A DNA stretch of 64,000 bases, taken from contig NC_043006.1 of NCBI RefSeq assembly GCF_006345805.1, positions 93,806,001 through 93,870,000 of the forward strand, given 5' to 3'. A program made the position numbers and the translations under genes. Positions 12,264 through 24,974 of this stretch are shown here, piece by piece. This DNA is from Octopus sinensis (Eukaryota). Each line of letters starts with the position of its first letter. Within the stretch, counting starts at the first letter, position 1. The notes beneath the pieces were generated by a model that did not search any database, was not told where the DNA came from, and saw only the letters and a program-made list of their open reading frames with translations.

Positions 12264-14093
12264 ATTAAGAATGAAATGTCCAATTTTCTTGTGCACCAAG
12301 TTTGACGGTCGTTAACTCTAATGTTTTATCCTAACAATTCTTTGTTTTACAACATTGAAGAGTTACATCATCACATTTCAAAATGCAATTCATGATGTCT
12401 GATTATATTGTAAGTTTTCTCTTGTAAATCAATTTTTGTGAACCCATGGAGAGATAAAAAATTCGTGATGTTTATGAATATGGGTTCCGTCGTGGATCCA
12501 ATGCATCCCAGACAGCTCGAAACAATAATGAGGTGTTTGGTGAAGATGTGGCAAATGAGTGTACTGTACATCGATGGTTTGAGAAGATCCGGTCTGGTGA
12601 CTTTACTCTTAAAAATCAGCCCCTTGGTAGATCTGAGACCAAAATGGATAATGATGAGCTGGAAACTGTAGTGGATGCATCTCAAACTACGCGTGAGTTA
12701 GAAGTAAGGTTTCATATGTCGATTCCAACTGTATTGGACCATCTGAAAGAATTTGCCAAGTAAGGAAGCTGGACAGGTGGGTACAATATGAACTGAACAA
12801 GTATCAAATGACACGACGTCTTGAAACTTGCTGTTCTTTGCTGTCACAGCATAAAAGCGAAGCATTTTTGCATTGTATTGTTACGTGTGGTGCAAAATAG
12901 ATTCTTTTTAACAATAGCAAGTATTGGGTTATCTGGAAAGTTTGTGCCGATTTTTAAAGGAAAGAAAAAGGTCAATAAATACTTGCCATTACATTTTTAA
13001 TCAACTAAATATGAACCATTTTGTTGCACAATGCGTCTCCATCTTTTCTTTAACTTAAAAATACCCTCTTCCCAGAATTGGGGTGGTTTCATAGCAAAGA
13101 ATTCATTAGGGTATCTTTTTACGTCATCCAAGGAATTGAAATTTTTCCCATTTAGACTATTCTGCGGAGACCTGAATAAGTGGAAATCTGAAGGAGCAAT
13201 ATCTGGTGAATATGGAGGGTAGGGTAGCACATCCCAGCCGAATTACAGCAATTTTTGTATGGTTCCCAAAGCATCAAGTGCCGAAAAGGAATTTTCTTAT
13301 CTTCCATTTTAAAGGGTTACAGAATTAACATAGGTTATAGGAACATAAACCTTCTTCCACGAAAAGATAGCTTAAACTGTGCTCTAAATGGAGGTGTAGT
13401 TAGATCCTATTTTATGGACTCAACCATGTTCTAAAATAAGTCGAAAGGTAAGCTACTATAAATCGGCACGAACTTTCCGGACAACCCAATATTTTGCTCG
13501 GTGGTTGGACAGAAACGAAGTGCCAAAACTCAGTACAAAAAAGAATATTCACCAAGAAAAGCTAATGGTGTCTGTTTGGTGGTCCAGCACTGTTTTCATC
13601 CACTACAGCTTCTTGAGAACTGGTAAACGGATGTATACATTAACCAACTGGATGAAATAATGAGTGAACTTGCAATTAAACAACCGAGATTAGTCAACAG
13701 AGACAGGCCAATTCTCTAACAAGACAATGCTCGACCACATGTTGCACAAAGAACGTTACTCAATTTACAGGAACTAAACTTCGAAGTACTTTGTCATCCA
13801 CCATATTCACCAGATCTTGCACCAACTGACCATCACATTTTCGAGGCATTAGACCAGTTTCTGGAAAAGAAAAAAATTTCAAATCTGAAGAAAATGCAAA
13901 ACAGCCTTTCGCGATTTCATCCTCTCTTGTTCTCCAGAATTCTTCGCTTCCGACATAAATAAGCTACCGATAAAATGGCAAAATTGTGTTGATAATTTTG
14001 GTGAATACTTTGATTAACTGCATTGCTTTTTGTTGAGATAAAGTAAAATTAACTTTCAGTTCAAAATCGGACATTTCATTCTTAATTTCCTCA
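12264..14093 (+). mobile_element. Mariner (DD34D-type) transposon, pseudogenised and interrupted by a nested mariner
   Basis: WVQYEL, FLHCIVTCG, KLMVSVWWSS, QDNARPH, HPPYSPDLAPTD; TIR core ATTAAGAATGAAATGTCC at both ends. Confidence 0.9.
12924..13489 (-). mobile_element. Internally deleted mariner (566 bp) with 30-bp TIRs and TA duplication
   Basis: TIRs 12924-12953 and 13460-13489 match at 27/30; TA at 12922-3 and 13490-1; encodes YPPYSPDIAPSDFHLFRS...NGSYLVD. Confidence 0.92.
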
Positions 14094-14111
14094 TATGTAT
14101 ATATATATACG

Positions 14112-14169
<58 letters not shown>

Positions 14170-14194
14170 ATATATATATATATATATATACATG

Positions 14195-14789
14195 TAAATA
14201 AAGAAATGGAGTTAAACGCAGGTGTTATTGAAACCTTTATACTTCCGACATATGTTTAGAAAAAAACATTGATATTATTCTAGAGGGAATAAAATGATGT
14301 AAAACAAGGCGATCTTCTCATCAGGGAAAAAAGAGAAACAAAACGCGTAAGCACGTTTAAAGAACGCGTTTATCGTTGGAAACATTGGTAAAAACATACC
14401 TTTAGTTCTTATAAGTAATTCCTACAAATCTAAATTCTTACCTTTCATTTCCACTAAATATATCTATTTCCACACCTTTAAGATTTATTCCCATTCATCT
14501 ACCGCACTACATTTCTCCACTCTTAGTTTTTTGTGAGTTTCTTTCTTTCTCCTTCTCTTTTTCTAAAATGCATTTGACGTTAAACCTATTAACGGTTTGT
14601 TTTTTTTAAACAACTTGCAGTCATCACTCGGTTAAAATGACTTATTGATGTATTTTGTTTCTCGTTTTCCTGATCGCATTTTTTACATCAGTTTATTCCT
14701 TCTGAAATGATACCAATGTTTTCTTCGAAACATATGTCGGAATATAAAGAATTGAATAACACTTGTGTTTAACTCCATTTCTTTATTTA
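14195..14789. mobile_element. Foldback element with ~75-bp inverted arms, possibly an inverted PLE terminus
   Basis: 14195-14271 versus 14714-14789; the right arm carries GAAACATATGTC GGAA (palindromic hammerhead stem III-like). Confidence 0.65.
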
Positions 14790-15097
14790 TCTGTTATACA
14801 AAGAGATTTCACTAACTTTTTGCTACCCTGCTAACTATTACATTTTCCCGTATTATTTGTACACATTGAAAAATACACATACATTTATGCACACACACAC
14901 ACACACACATATATATATGTAGCTATGTGTATGTATATGTAGCTATGTGTATGTATATATATATATGCATGTATATATATATGTATATATGTATGTATAT
15001 CTATATATGTATATATATGTATATCTATATATGTGTGTGTGGATGTGTGCACGTGTCCTTATACATATATATATGTATATGTATATGTATATATATA

Positions 15098-15145
<48 letters not shown>

Positions 15146-15198
15146 TATATATATACAATATATATATATAGATGAATATATATGTATGTATCTGTCTG

Positions 15199-15244
<46 letters not shown>

Positions 15245-15781
15245 GAATATAGCAAAATAATTAAGATTCTAACGAATTCCAATGAATTCAAATGAATATG
15301 GTACTTAACTTAGATGCACCAGAATTCTTTATGGTATTAACCATAAAATAATTTGGGGTGATTATAACCAAGGAAAAAAGCAACAAGAATGGATCAGTAG
15401 TTTAGTACAACTGTTTCGTACTAAGAACATTTTATTTAAAGCTACAAATATTGCAGCAAATACAATGTCCAGTATTCATCAGCTAAATCACATATATGTT
15501 TTCCAGACATCCTAGAGAATGGCTGCAGTCAAATGAGTGAAACAAGTAAGATAATATTGTTAGATTACAAGGAAGCAGGAATTGCGTCATCAATTTCATT
15601 AGCTTACAGAAGTTTCTGCTATAAGAAGCAATGTTCTTAGACCTGAGTTGTACAGCATGTTATGATTTCGTCGGAGATATTAACATGAAGTGTATGTTCA
15701 TTTTGGAAAGCATTTAAAAGCATATTTCGTTTTTGGATTTGGTTTGCAAGATTCTTTATATGAGTTCGTGTGTTGAAGCAT

Positions 15782-16104
15782 ATTCTGTTGTGTCTGGGGA
15801 GAGTCATTCTCTTTTAGTGCCTTATTATTTAACACACTCACCGGTAGAATTTCCACTTTTTTTTCTTATTTTTATTTTCCTAAAATTTTCGTTGCGTCTT
15901 GCAACCTTTTCAATAGTTTTGTCTCGGTCCGTTAGGGAACGCAGTGTAATTAACGGACAGAGTCAAAACTATTGAAAAGGTTTGCAAGACGAAACGAAAA
16001 TTTTAGGAAAATAAAAATAAGAAAAAAAAGTGGAAATTCTACCGGGGAGTGTGTTAAATAATAAGGCACTAAAAGAGAATGACTCTCCCCAGACACAACA
16101 GAAT
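15782..16104. repeat. ~153-bp near-perfect inverted repeat with 16-nt spacer
   Basis: 15782-15934 versus 15951-16104. Confidence 0.92.
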
Positions 16105-16816
16105 TTAAAAGCATGTAAATATGTATAAATATATATATATATTTATATATATATGTATCGAAACACATACTCATACAAATATCTGCATACGTATGTATGT
16201 GTTTGTGTGTATATATGCATGTATGTATGTGCATCTGTGGTGTGTATGTTTGCGTATGTCTACAAGAAAACCGGTTATTGTTATCATTTCGGAATAGAGC
16301 ATTTAGATAACAATAACCAATAATTAATAATGAGTAGACGCTATAGCCGACATATCTGGCACTCTCTAATTTTCATAAGAGACATCTATATTATAACGTA
16401 CACACACAAATGCATATACACATGCGAACACATTCCTCATTTGACAACAAACAGGTTCCATTACAGCGGCCCAGAATAGACATAAGTCACAATACAGCTC
16501 CGTATACCGTACTGTAATCTTTTGAAAATGTAATCTGAAATCGGCAAAGTGTATTTTTGTATTTAAATATAAAATTTCGGAGATGTATTTGCATAGCAAG
16601 TGACCTAATCTGAGATCGTGTGCTGGAACGAAAACAACTGCAGCATGGAAGATATTTATAAGCCATTTAAAAACACACAAAAACCGTTAGATTTACTTCA
16701 ATATTTAAATTTAATCTGCCAAAATATAATTTAATTCTAATTAATTCTAATATATTCTTTGTGCATTTTCAGCTTCATTTTATCTATTCCTCCGCCTGTT
16801 TTGTTTAATAATCATT

Positions 16817-16893
<77 letters not shown>

Positions 16894-17767
16894 ATAGATA
16901 CACACACATGCACACAAACACACACACACACACACATGCGTATGTGTGTATATATATATGCACACAGTTTATATATATAAACACGGCACACAATATCTAT
17001 GAAATATATAATATAAAGACCCTAACAATGCGATGAATAGAATAACAACACCATGACCGCTGAGACAAACCACCTGAAAATTTACAACTACTACTGCTAC
17101 TACTACTACTATTACTACACGTCTGTAAACATCAGGCGTGTGCCATCGATGAACGTCCGTCAAGTAAGATAAGAACGTGTCTTTGGGGCGAACTCAGAGT
17201 AAACTTGGAGTGTGTACACACGTCACCACTTTTGTTTTCAATTTCTCTGCAAAAGCAATTGTTTTGTAACTCTTTTCTATAAGGCACACACACATAGACA
17301 GATAAAGACACACACACAGACTCAAGCTGACACATACATGAGAATATATACACCCAAACCCACGCACATGTATTAATATAATAATATAAATAGTAGAAAT
17401 AAAAGCAAATGTGATCCAATATATGTGTCGAGCTGTGCGTGTATGTATGTATGTATATATATATATATATATATATATGAATATGTGTGTGTATGTGTGT
17501 ATGTGTGTGCGTGCGCGCGTGGATAAATAAATAGATACATATATACATAGGTACATACATGTGTATATGCCTGTATGAATGATGTATATATGTGTATATA
17601 TAAATATTTATATATGTATGTTTATCAAGCTATCACATAGATGTGCATACGCACACACATATGAGTGTGTGTGTGTGTGTAGGCGTACATATATACACAA
17701 ACACATACACACACACATACACTCTCTATATATAAATATATTATATATATATACACATATGTATATA

Positions 17768-17920
17768 GGTGCAGGTGTGGTTGTGTGGTAAGGAGCTCGC
17801 TTCACAACCACATGGTTCCAGGCTCAGTATCTGCGTGGCACCTTCGGCAAGTGTCTTTTTCTATAGCCTCGGGACGACCGAAGTCTTATGGGGGGATTTC
17901 GTAGACGGAAACTGGAAGAA
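17768..17920 (+). mobile_element. tRNA-derived SINE, family B, 5' part
   Basis: Head GGTGCAGGTGTGGTTGTGTGGTAAG...GGTTCCAGGCTCAG; same family as 26625, 41155, 42720, 52725, 59310. Confidence 0.75.
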
Positions 17921-18029
17921 TATATACATGATGCGGTGAATAAACTGTCGTCTAAATTACACAAAAAGGAAAATGACACTGACATCTCATTTTTAACAGA
18001 TATATTTATCAAAATTGCATATCTTGAAA

Positions 18030-18790
18030 TTCAATAAAATAGCCATTGGATTCAACCACGACCTCCACACCACTTCAGAATCTCCTGCGACTCTTCTGGA
18101 GAGTCTCGTTGTTTAAGTTGATGAATGCTACCATAATTCTTGCTTTCAGTTCATCTTTGGTATTACAAGGAGTTTTGTTGGTCTCTCGCTCAGCTACACC
18201 CTACACATAATAACCAAGGTGGTTGCAGTCTGGGGAGTTTGGTGGCCAGATGTTAGGGGTGATGGAATTGCTTCACAGCTATGACTGGGTTCTCCTGCTT
18301 GTGTGGCATGGTGCAGAATTCTGTTGCTAGACATAGGGTCATCCAGGAGCCATCCTCTTCACCCGGAGCAGCACTACCTCCTCCAGGCACTTGATGTAGG
18401 TCTCCGTGTTGAGTGTGAGATCGTGTGGGGAGATGAATGGAGCCGTAACGTCGCCATTATTAGTGATCACTCCAAACACCATGATATTGACTGGATATTT
18501 GATTTTTATCACTCTCGGTACATGTCCTCAGATTGCACTGTCCTCAGATTGACACCCAAACACTCTGAAACGTTCGCATTGGAGCTTCCTGCGCAAATAC
18601 TAAACAGTACAGCATGTCGTTTCCATCTTTCTGGCAGAGTGAATTACGTCATGGCGTTGTTTTTCTCACGGACGGTGCCCAACTGACCCTACTACACTGT
18701 GTAGTCGACAACATCAAAATTAAACAATGCACATGCGTGCAATTAAAAATATAAAATGGCGACATTTTACCCATCGCAGCCTGTGTGTAT
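18030..18790 (-). mobile_element. Decayed Tc1/mariner transposase, maT (DD37D)-like
   Basis: QQNSAPCHTSRRTQS..ITPNIWPPNSPDCNHLGYYV..KDELKARI. Confidence 0.75.
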
Positions 18791-19339
18791 GTATCGGTCC
18801 ATTAGTAATATATTTAACAGAAAAGGTTTTTCTCTGTATGTCCTGTTACGCATGCCCAGTGATACACATTAACCGGTTATAGCGTTTTCCAGACCGAAGT
18901 ATATGTTTATGCGCATGCCCGAAGACAAAAATTACCGTCAGCGCTATTTGAAATTTTTACTTCGGGGATCCAACCTTACGATCGATTCATACAATTTGAT
19001 TTGCTTTTTTGAAATAAGACACCTAAAGATTGTTATTGCATAGTGTTTACTCTCCGATTCTTTGACTCTAATAATATTTCCTTTTTCTCGTTCCTTCGTA
19101 GGATGAGTAGTTTTTATTAAAGCTTATCTTTTGTTGTCTGTTATTTTTTCAGTGAATATATCTTATTGATTCATCATTGTTTTTGTGTGTTTTTTAATAT
19201 TAAATGTCCGTTCTGTTAATAACTGCTTTGTAGTATTTCATCTTCTTTGTCTATGCTTTAAATTTTTATATTTTACTCTGATGCATCACCTCTATATGTT
19301 CGTTCAACATGCTAGAAATACCAACCAAATCACCCTCTC

Positions 19340-19690
19340 TTCACACCTTTTGAAATACTTAAGGATCTCGGAGATGAAATTGAAAATTATATCAATGGTC
19401 GCTATGTATCCTTATCAAAGCAGTCTGGATGATTTAGGGTTCAAATTACAGGGTTCATATCCTGCAGTCCACAGCTTACATTTCATTTGCCCCAACAGCA
19501 ATACATTCACTTCCATGGCGATTATGATATTGAACATGTTATCCACACACATGACAGGTCCACACTCACTGAATGGATGAGAGTTAACCGGGACTCACCA
19601 GCTAACTCATTTCTAAAATTGAGTATTGATTGTATTGCCATATTTTGCGGGGTTTTGCCCCGTCATATTTGGGTGTATGTGTGTCTGTGT
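19340..19690 (+). mobile_element. Helitron Rep/helicase fragment (pseudogenised)
   Basis: DEIENYINGRYVS / GFKLQGSYPAVHSLH / QQYIHF..TLTEW match the Helitron DEI..Y..GRYVS..EA.WRI.GF region. Confidence 0.7.
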
Positions 19691-20103
19691 GTGTTTGACT
19701 GATTTTCATGCAAGTTAGAGTCTTGTTGGCCCAAAGTACGAACCTAATCCGTCAGGCATCTGAAACCGACTAAATTAACATGATGCAGAAGGTAAGATTT
19801 TTTTTTATTGCTGTAACCCTTTCTTGATTCTTTGAATAATTACATGGAAAAACGTAGCAAACACCAAACGTACACATCCTCACTAAGAAAACAAAGAACA
19901 TTTATAAGACAGACACGTCCATGCAGAGAAGACTTCTTACAAGCTCAACCAGCAAAACAGAGTAGAAATCGAACATCTCTATATTGAATGACATAAACAG
20001 GGAATCAAAACAGTTAACCACTCTTATAAATATAGAGGACTGTGCAGTACGCTTGCCACGCGCCCTTCAAAACACGCTTAAGGGTCAGTACCCATCTTCC
20101 TTT

Positions 20104-20125
20104 CTAACCCTAACCCTAACCCTAA
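20104..20125 (+). repeat. Short (CCCTAA)n telomere-motif tract
   Basis: CTAACCCTAACCCTAACCCTAA. Confidence 0.85.
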
Positions 20126-20739
20126 ATGTTGGTTGATTAACCTACCAATGAGCGAAGTAGACATAGTAAGTTAGTATATTCTCAATACAACCAACTCCGA
20201 TATTAGAAGTGCAAAGGGTTTTTTTTTATCCGATGGGATTGTAGCACTGCAGTATCAACTGGTTCTGCAGCATCAAGAATAAAGCAGCTTTCGGTTCCAC
20301 CCTGTTGACACACCAAATTTTCTAAGTTTTTAAGTACTGGATTAAACATTGAACCTTTGACATTTACATTTATCAAAACGAAAGAGTAAATCTAATGAAA
20401 CCTAAAATAACTAAAGCTACTGGCGTATCCCAGACCTACCAACATCCTTTTTTTTTAATATCTAAAACAGAATCTCATGATTTGAAAGGGAAGCATCTAA
20501 ATATACACAGCTGCTTACAAACTTCCACATACATGAAGAAATTCTAAACAATAAGGCAACACCAAATTTAATCAATAAAAATTTCTCCAATACACCTTTC
20601 CGTAACAACCCACTGAAAAACCTAATTGCCATTCCACTCAAACCCACATACCCAAGTAAGATGTTAACTTAACAGAGAATATAGAAACCCAAGAGCTTGC
20701 TGATTGTGGAATATTTGGAAATTTCTAGTTATAGATTTT

Positions 20740-21700
20740 TTTCAATCCATTTATATGTATGACATCTATGTTTTTTGAAGAAGATTAACCTCGAGAGGAT
20801 TCTTGACTGCTTCTGCTACTTCTGTATCGTCAGCATAGACAGTAACAGAGCTGTCAGTATAACTGACTGAATGTCCGAGAGTGTCACCACAAACAGTAGC
20901 GGTTCTACGACAGTTCTCTGAGGCACTCCCCTCGCAGTTGGTGTCTCCCTGGAGAGGGCTCCATTGGATACCACAGCCTGGATTCTATTTCATCAGAAGT
21001 CATTTAACCATTCTCCTAGGCTTCCGACTAAGGCGAGGTCCTGTAGCTTGTTACCCATCATCCTGTAATCAACCTTATCAAAGGCCTTTGCAAAATCGAT
21101 ATATATGACATCCATGTTTGAGCAATTCATTAGTCGTTTCAGCATCCTGACATAAGGCTGAAGAAGCTGTTTAAGGCAGCCTCTTTCTGACCGGAAGCCA
21201 TGTAAGAGAGCAAGTCATTATCTTCTAGGAACATGACCAGCCTCTTTCTGACAATTCATTCCATGACTTTTTTTTTTTACATGTGAGGATAAAGAGGCAG
21301 GCCTATAATTTTCAAAATCTGCTTTGCTTCCTCGTTGGACATATTATGTAATATCTGGAAGAGAGTTTACAGTGATCTTGCTTATTTCTAGAAGGATTAA
21401 TAAGGATCCAACAAGGCCAGTAACTGAGTTTAAGCTTTCTTCACCAATGCCCAATATTACATCAGATTCCGTTATTTCGAAGTAATCGATAATTTCTAGA
21501 ATTTCATGTAAGGCTGTGGTGCCGAAGAACTTATCAGGAATAGCTATGTGCAAATATTCCAACGGGGAAACGAAAACACTTTTGTACTGCATATACAGTA
21601 GTTCACTTAATCATTTGGGTTTCCCCAATCAGAGAGCCATTTTCTTCGAATTTTTACGTACTGAAGCAGACATTTTTGCAGATCTGTACACGGCTTTGCG
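20740..21700 (-). mobile_element. CR1/L2/Jockey-group LINE reverse transcriptase remnant
   Basis: ENYRPASL, HGFRS, DVIYIDFAKAFDKVD, GVPQRTVVEPLLF, YADDT. Confidence 0.88.
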
Positions 21701-21994
21701 GGACTTTCTTCTCACTAACACACACACACACACACACATACACACACATATGTAGCTATATATGTACATATACACCTACGTACATGCGTACATATTAGAT
21801 TCGCTGTCTTATTTAAGTAACAAAATCAATCTGTATTTAGTAATATTAATTGAAACGCCCACCTCATTCGCCTGTCCGCCTCAAGTACTCACCAACACCA
21901 ATATCTCCCCCAGCAAAAAACTAAGGTGTACACACATAAAAACCTTCATGGAACTTCAGCTGTGTAAGATATAGGGTACGGAGAGCTGTGCGGG

Positions 21995-22030
21995 TGGGGG
22001 GGCGGCTATAAATTCAAATATGGCGCGTGA
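21995..22030 (+). promoter_or_regulatory. Promoter-like motif cluster (GC box, TATAAA, YY1-like AATATGGCG)
   Basis: GGGGGGGCGG at about 21996-22005, TATAAA at 22007-22012, ATGGCG at 22020-22025; no linked exon identified. Confidence 0.25.
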
Positions 22031-22254
22031 CTTACATAGCGAACGAAGTTTCTGCTATCGTGGGAAACATTTAAATACTCGTAACAATCCTAATGATCTT
22101 TCTCCTTCTCTCTCCTTCTCCGTACACATATATATATGTGCGAGTGTGTGAGTGTGTTTGCGTGTGTGTTTATGTGTGCGAAATTGTTTCTGAGCGTTTT
22201 CAGGGATACATGCACGCACTATATTTATATATATTTATATGTTTGTATGTATGC

Positions 22255-22321
<67 letters not shown>

Positions 22322-22417
22322 TAGATAGGTATAGGTATAGATATAGATATATATGTGCGTGTAACTATACCTACACGGTATCATGCTACACACACACACA
22401 TACATATACTTATGTGC

Positions 22418-22456
<39 letters not shown>

Positions 22457-23352
22457 TGCACATACAAAGATATATATATATGTAATACGCGAGTGTGTCA
22501 TTGTGTGTCATTGTGTGTCTGTGTCTGTCTGTGTGATGGTGGGGTGGGAGTCGTACGCATGCGTCCGTATTTGGTCGTTTGTACGTCGTGTGCTGAGAAT
22601 CTCTCAATGTCGTCAGTCACAAGCAACGCATAACAATAACAAATGGAATAAGAGCAATAAAGGCAGCAGCAGCAGCAATGACAATTGCAATAACAGAAAG
22701 AAACAAAACTACCCATCGTCCCCCCACCCACCTTTCCCCAATGTTCTCAACTATATTAAGCTCTCTCGATCTTACCGCCGCCGCCGCCGCCACCACCACA
22801 ACCGCCGCCATTTCCACCTCAACCACCACAACCTCCCACCCCCCACCTCCAGCCGTTCGTTGTGGTTAAGTGAAGCTTGTTAGCTTTTACGGTCTTTTTT
22901 TAATATTCTTTTCGGTAAAAGACACTGAAGAATATTACGAATGGAATGGTAGTGGTGGCGATGGTGGTTAGGGTTGAGCCGTAATGGTGGTGGTGGGACG
23001 TCACAGGGAGTTTTATTGAGCCCCTGTTGCTCCCTTATTCATTTATCTTTTTGTTCCCTCATTTTTTAAGGTTGATGTTGGGCTGGGAGTATTATCTTGT
23101 CATTTGTTTCTCGAAAATCATTTAAAAAATCGTTGAAGAGCATCCTAGCACCACCACCGCCGCCTCCACCACCACCACCATAATCATTATCGTCATTATC
23201 AACTTGAACCGATTTCAAATCTCGGCTGAAGTCACGTTTGCCTTCCACCCTTCTGGAGATTATAAAATAAAGTACCAGTCAAAGAACGCGGTCGATGATA
23301 TTAACCTTCTCTCCTACCGAAATTAGAATGCAATGTTGTATTTATTTATTGT

Positions 23353-23732
23353 GGAGGTGCAATGGCTCAGTGGTTAGAACAGCGGATTCGAGGTCGTAGG
23401 ATCGCGGTTTCGAGTCTCAAACCGAGCGTTGTGAGTGTTTATTGAGCGAACACACTTAACACTCCGCGAGGCTCTGGAAGGTGGTGGTGGTGGCAAACCC
23501 TGCTGTACTCTTTCACCACAACTTTCTCTCACTCTTCCTGTTTCTGTTGTACCTGTATTTCAAAGGGCCAGCCTTATCACACTATGTGTCATGCTGAATC
23601 TCCCTGAGAACTACTTTAAGGGTACACGTGTCTGTGGAGTACTCAGCCACTCGCACGGTAATTTCACGAGCAGGCTATTCCAGTGATCGGATCAACAGAA
23701 AGCCTCGTCGTCGTAACCGACGGAGTGCCACA
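23353..23732 (+). mobile_element. tRNA-derived SINE, family C (full length)
   Basis: A-box TGGCTCAGTGG and B-box GTTTCGAGTC head; matches 27080-27452. Confidence 0.85.
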
Positions 23733-24474
23733 ATTTATTTTTTGTTACATACTCTTTCATGAAGATGCCATATTTTAACGTGTATAAGGAACCCCCTAAT
23801 TTTGGGGGTTTAAAATTTAGAAAAATGGTTTTGTAAGGGATTATAATACTATCCATGTATAAATAACTCCCATATTTTTTTAACCTAATTTTTGACAAGA
23901 AAGGGCTCCCTATGCAGGTTGAAATACGCTATATTTTATGAGAGACGAAACAAATCATAAAACTGAAAGTTTTAAAAGTGACGAGATTCAGTGGACACTA
24001 CATGGTTTCGTTCTGCCTTGATCCCAAAGACTCAGAGGGCCGCAGCTTAGCCCAGTTTCCAGAGGATATAAATGATTACAACAGTCCACTCCTGATTTGG
24101 ACACCAGTCCATTGCAGGAATAACTTCCCCGCTATTGATGGAACTCATTTACAGCTGTGTGGACTGGAGCGGCATGAAATGAAGTGTTTTTCTGGTTACG
24201 GAATTGAAACCAAGACCTTAGAATTGTGAGTGTGATACCCCACCCACTAATCCATGAGCCTTCACAGACACTTTAAAAATAAAGAGTTAGGAAAATCTCA
24301 AGTTAGGCAAACTTTGCTTAGATTTACAGCTTCCTTTAAAGCTGTTCTTTTCCGTTCCTTCATCTGTCCTCACTTGCCAAGATTTCCTTGCCTTTGGAGC
24401 CCTAGAGACTTCTCACGAAAATCTTGTGCTCGGAGAGACCCGGTGGGGAAACGCTGGTAAATTTATTATCTTTT

Positions 24475-24665
24475 CTACTCTAGGCACAAGGCCCGAAACT
24501 TTTAAGAGTTGGGGGTCTCTCTATTAAATCGACCACAGTACGTAGCTGGTACTTAATTTATCGATCCCGAAAGGATGAAAAGCAAAGTCGACCTCGGCGG
24601 AATTTGAACTCAGAACGTAGCAGCAGACGAAATACCTATTTCTTTACCCACAAGGGGCTAAACAC
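24475..24665 (-). mobile_element. SINE family A (Meta-domain-like core)
   Basis: Reverse complement contains GAGGTCGACTTTGCTTTTCATCCTTTCGGGATCGATAAATTAAGTACCAG. Confidence 0.8.
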
Positions 24666-24711
24666 TTTTGTTCCAACCGAATATATACGCATGTCTGTGA
24701 GTGTGTGTATG

Positions 24712-24813
<102 letters not shown>

Positions 24814-24933
24814 ATATATATATATATATATATACATGCACGCGCACATGCATATACATATGCATAAGCAGTCACACATCAATAAATTATGTAAGTATAC
24901 ATATAGTTTCTCTCTCTACCTGTGCATATCTAC

Positions 24934-24970
<37 letters not shown>

Positions 24971-24974
24971 CATC

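Noticed and set aside
20104-20125. TTAGGG tract as a chromosome end
   Set aside because: Only about 3.5 units and internal
22383-22883. Low-complexity ORFs (poly-Ala/Thr/Arg/His)
   Set aside because: Cryptic triplet repeats of the kind seen at several other places in the window; no convincing splice sites or domain
23066-23248. ORF MEGKRDFSRDLKSVQVDNDDNDYGGGG...
   Set aside because: The N-terminal part is a degenerate SINE A core read in frame; the rest is simple repeat
23353-23430. tRNA genes at SINE heads (also 17768, 27080, 52224)
   Set aside because: A/B boxes are present but the heads run into SINE bodies and lack a proper cloverleaf
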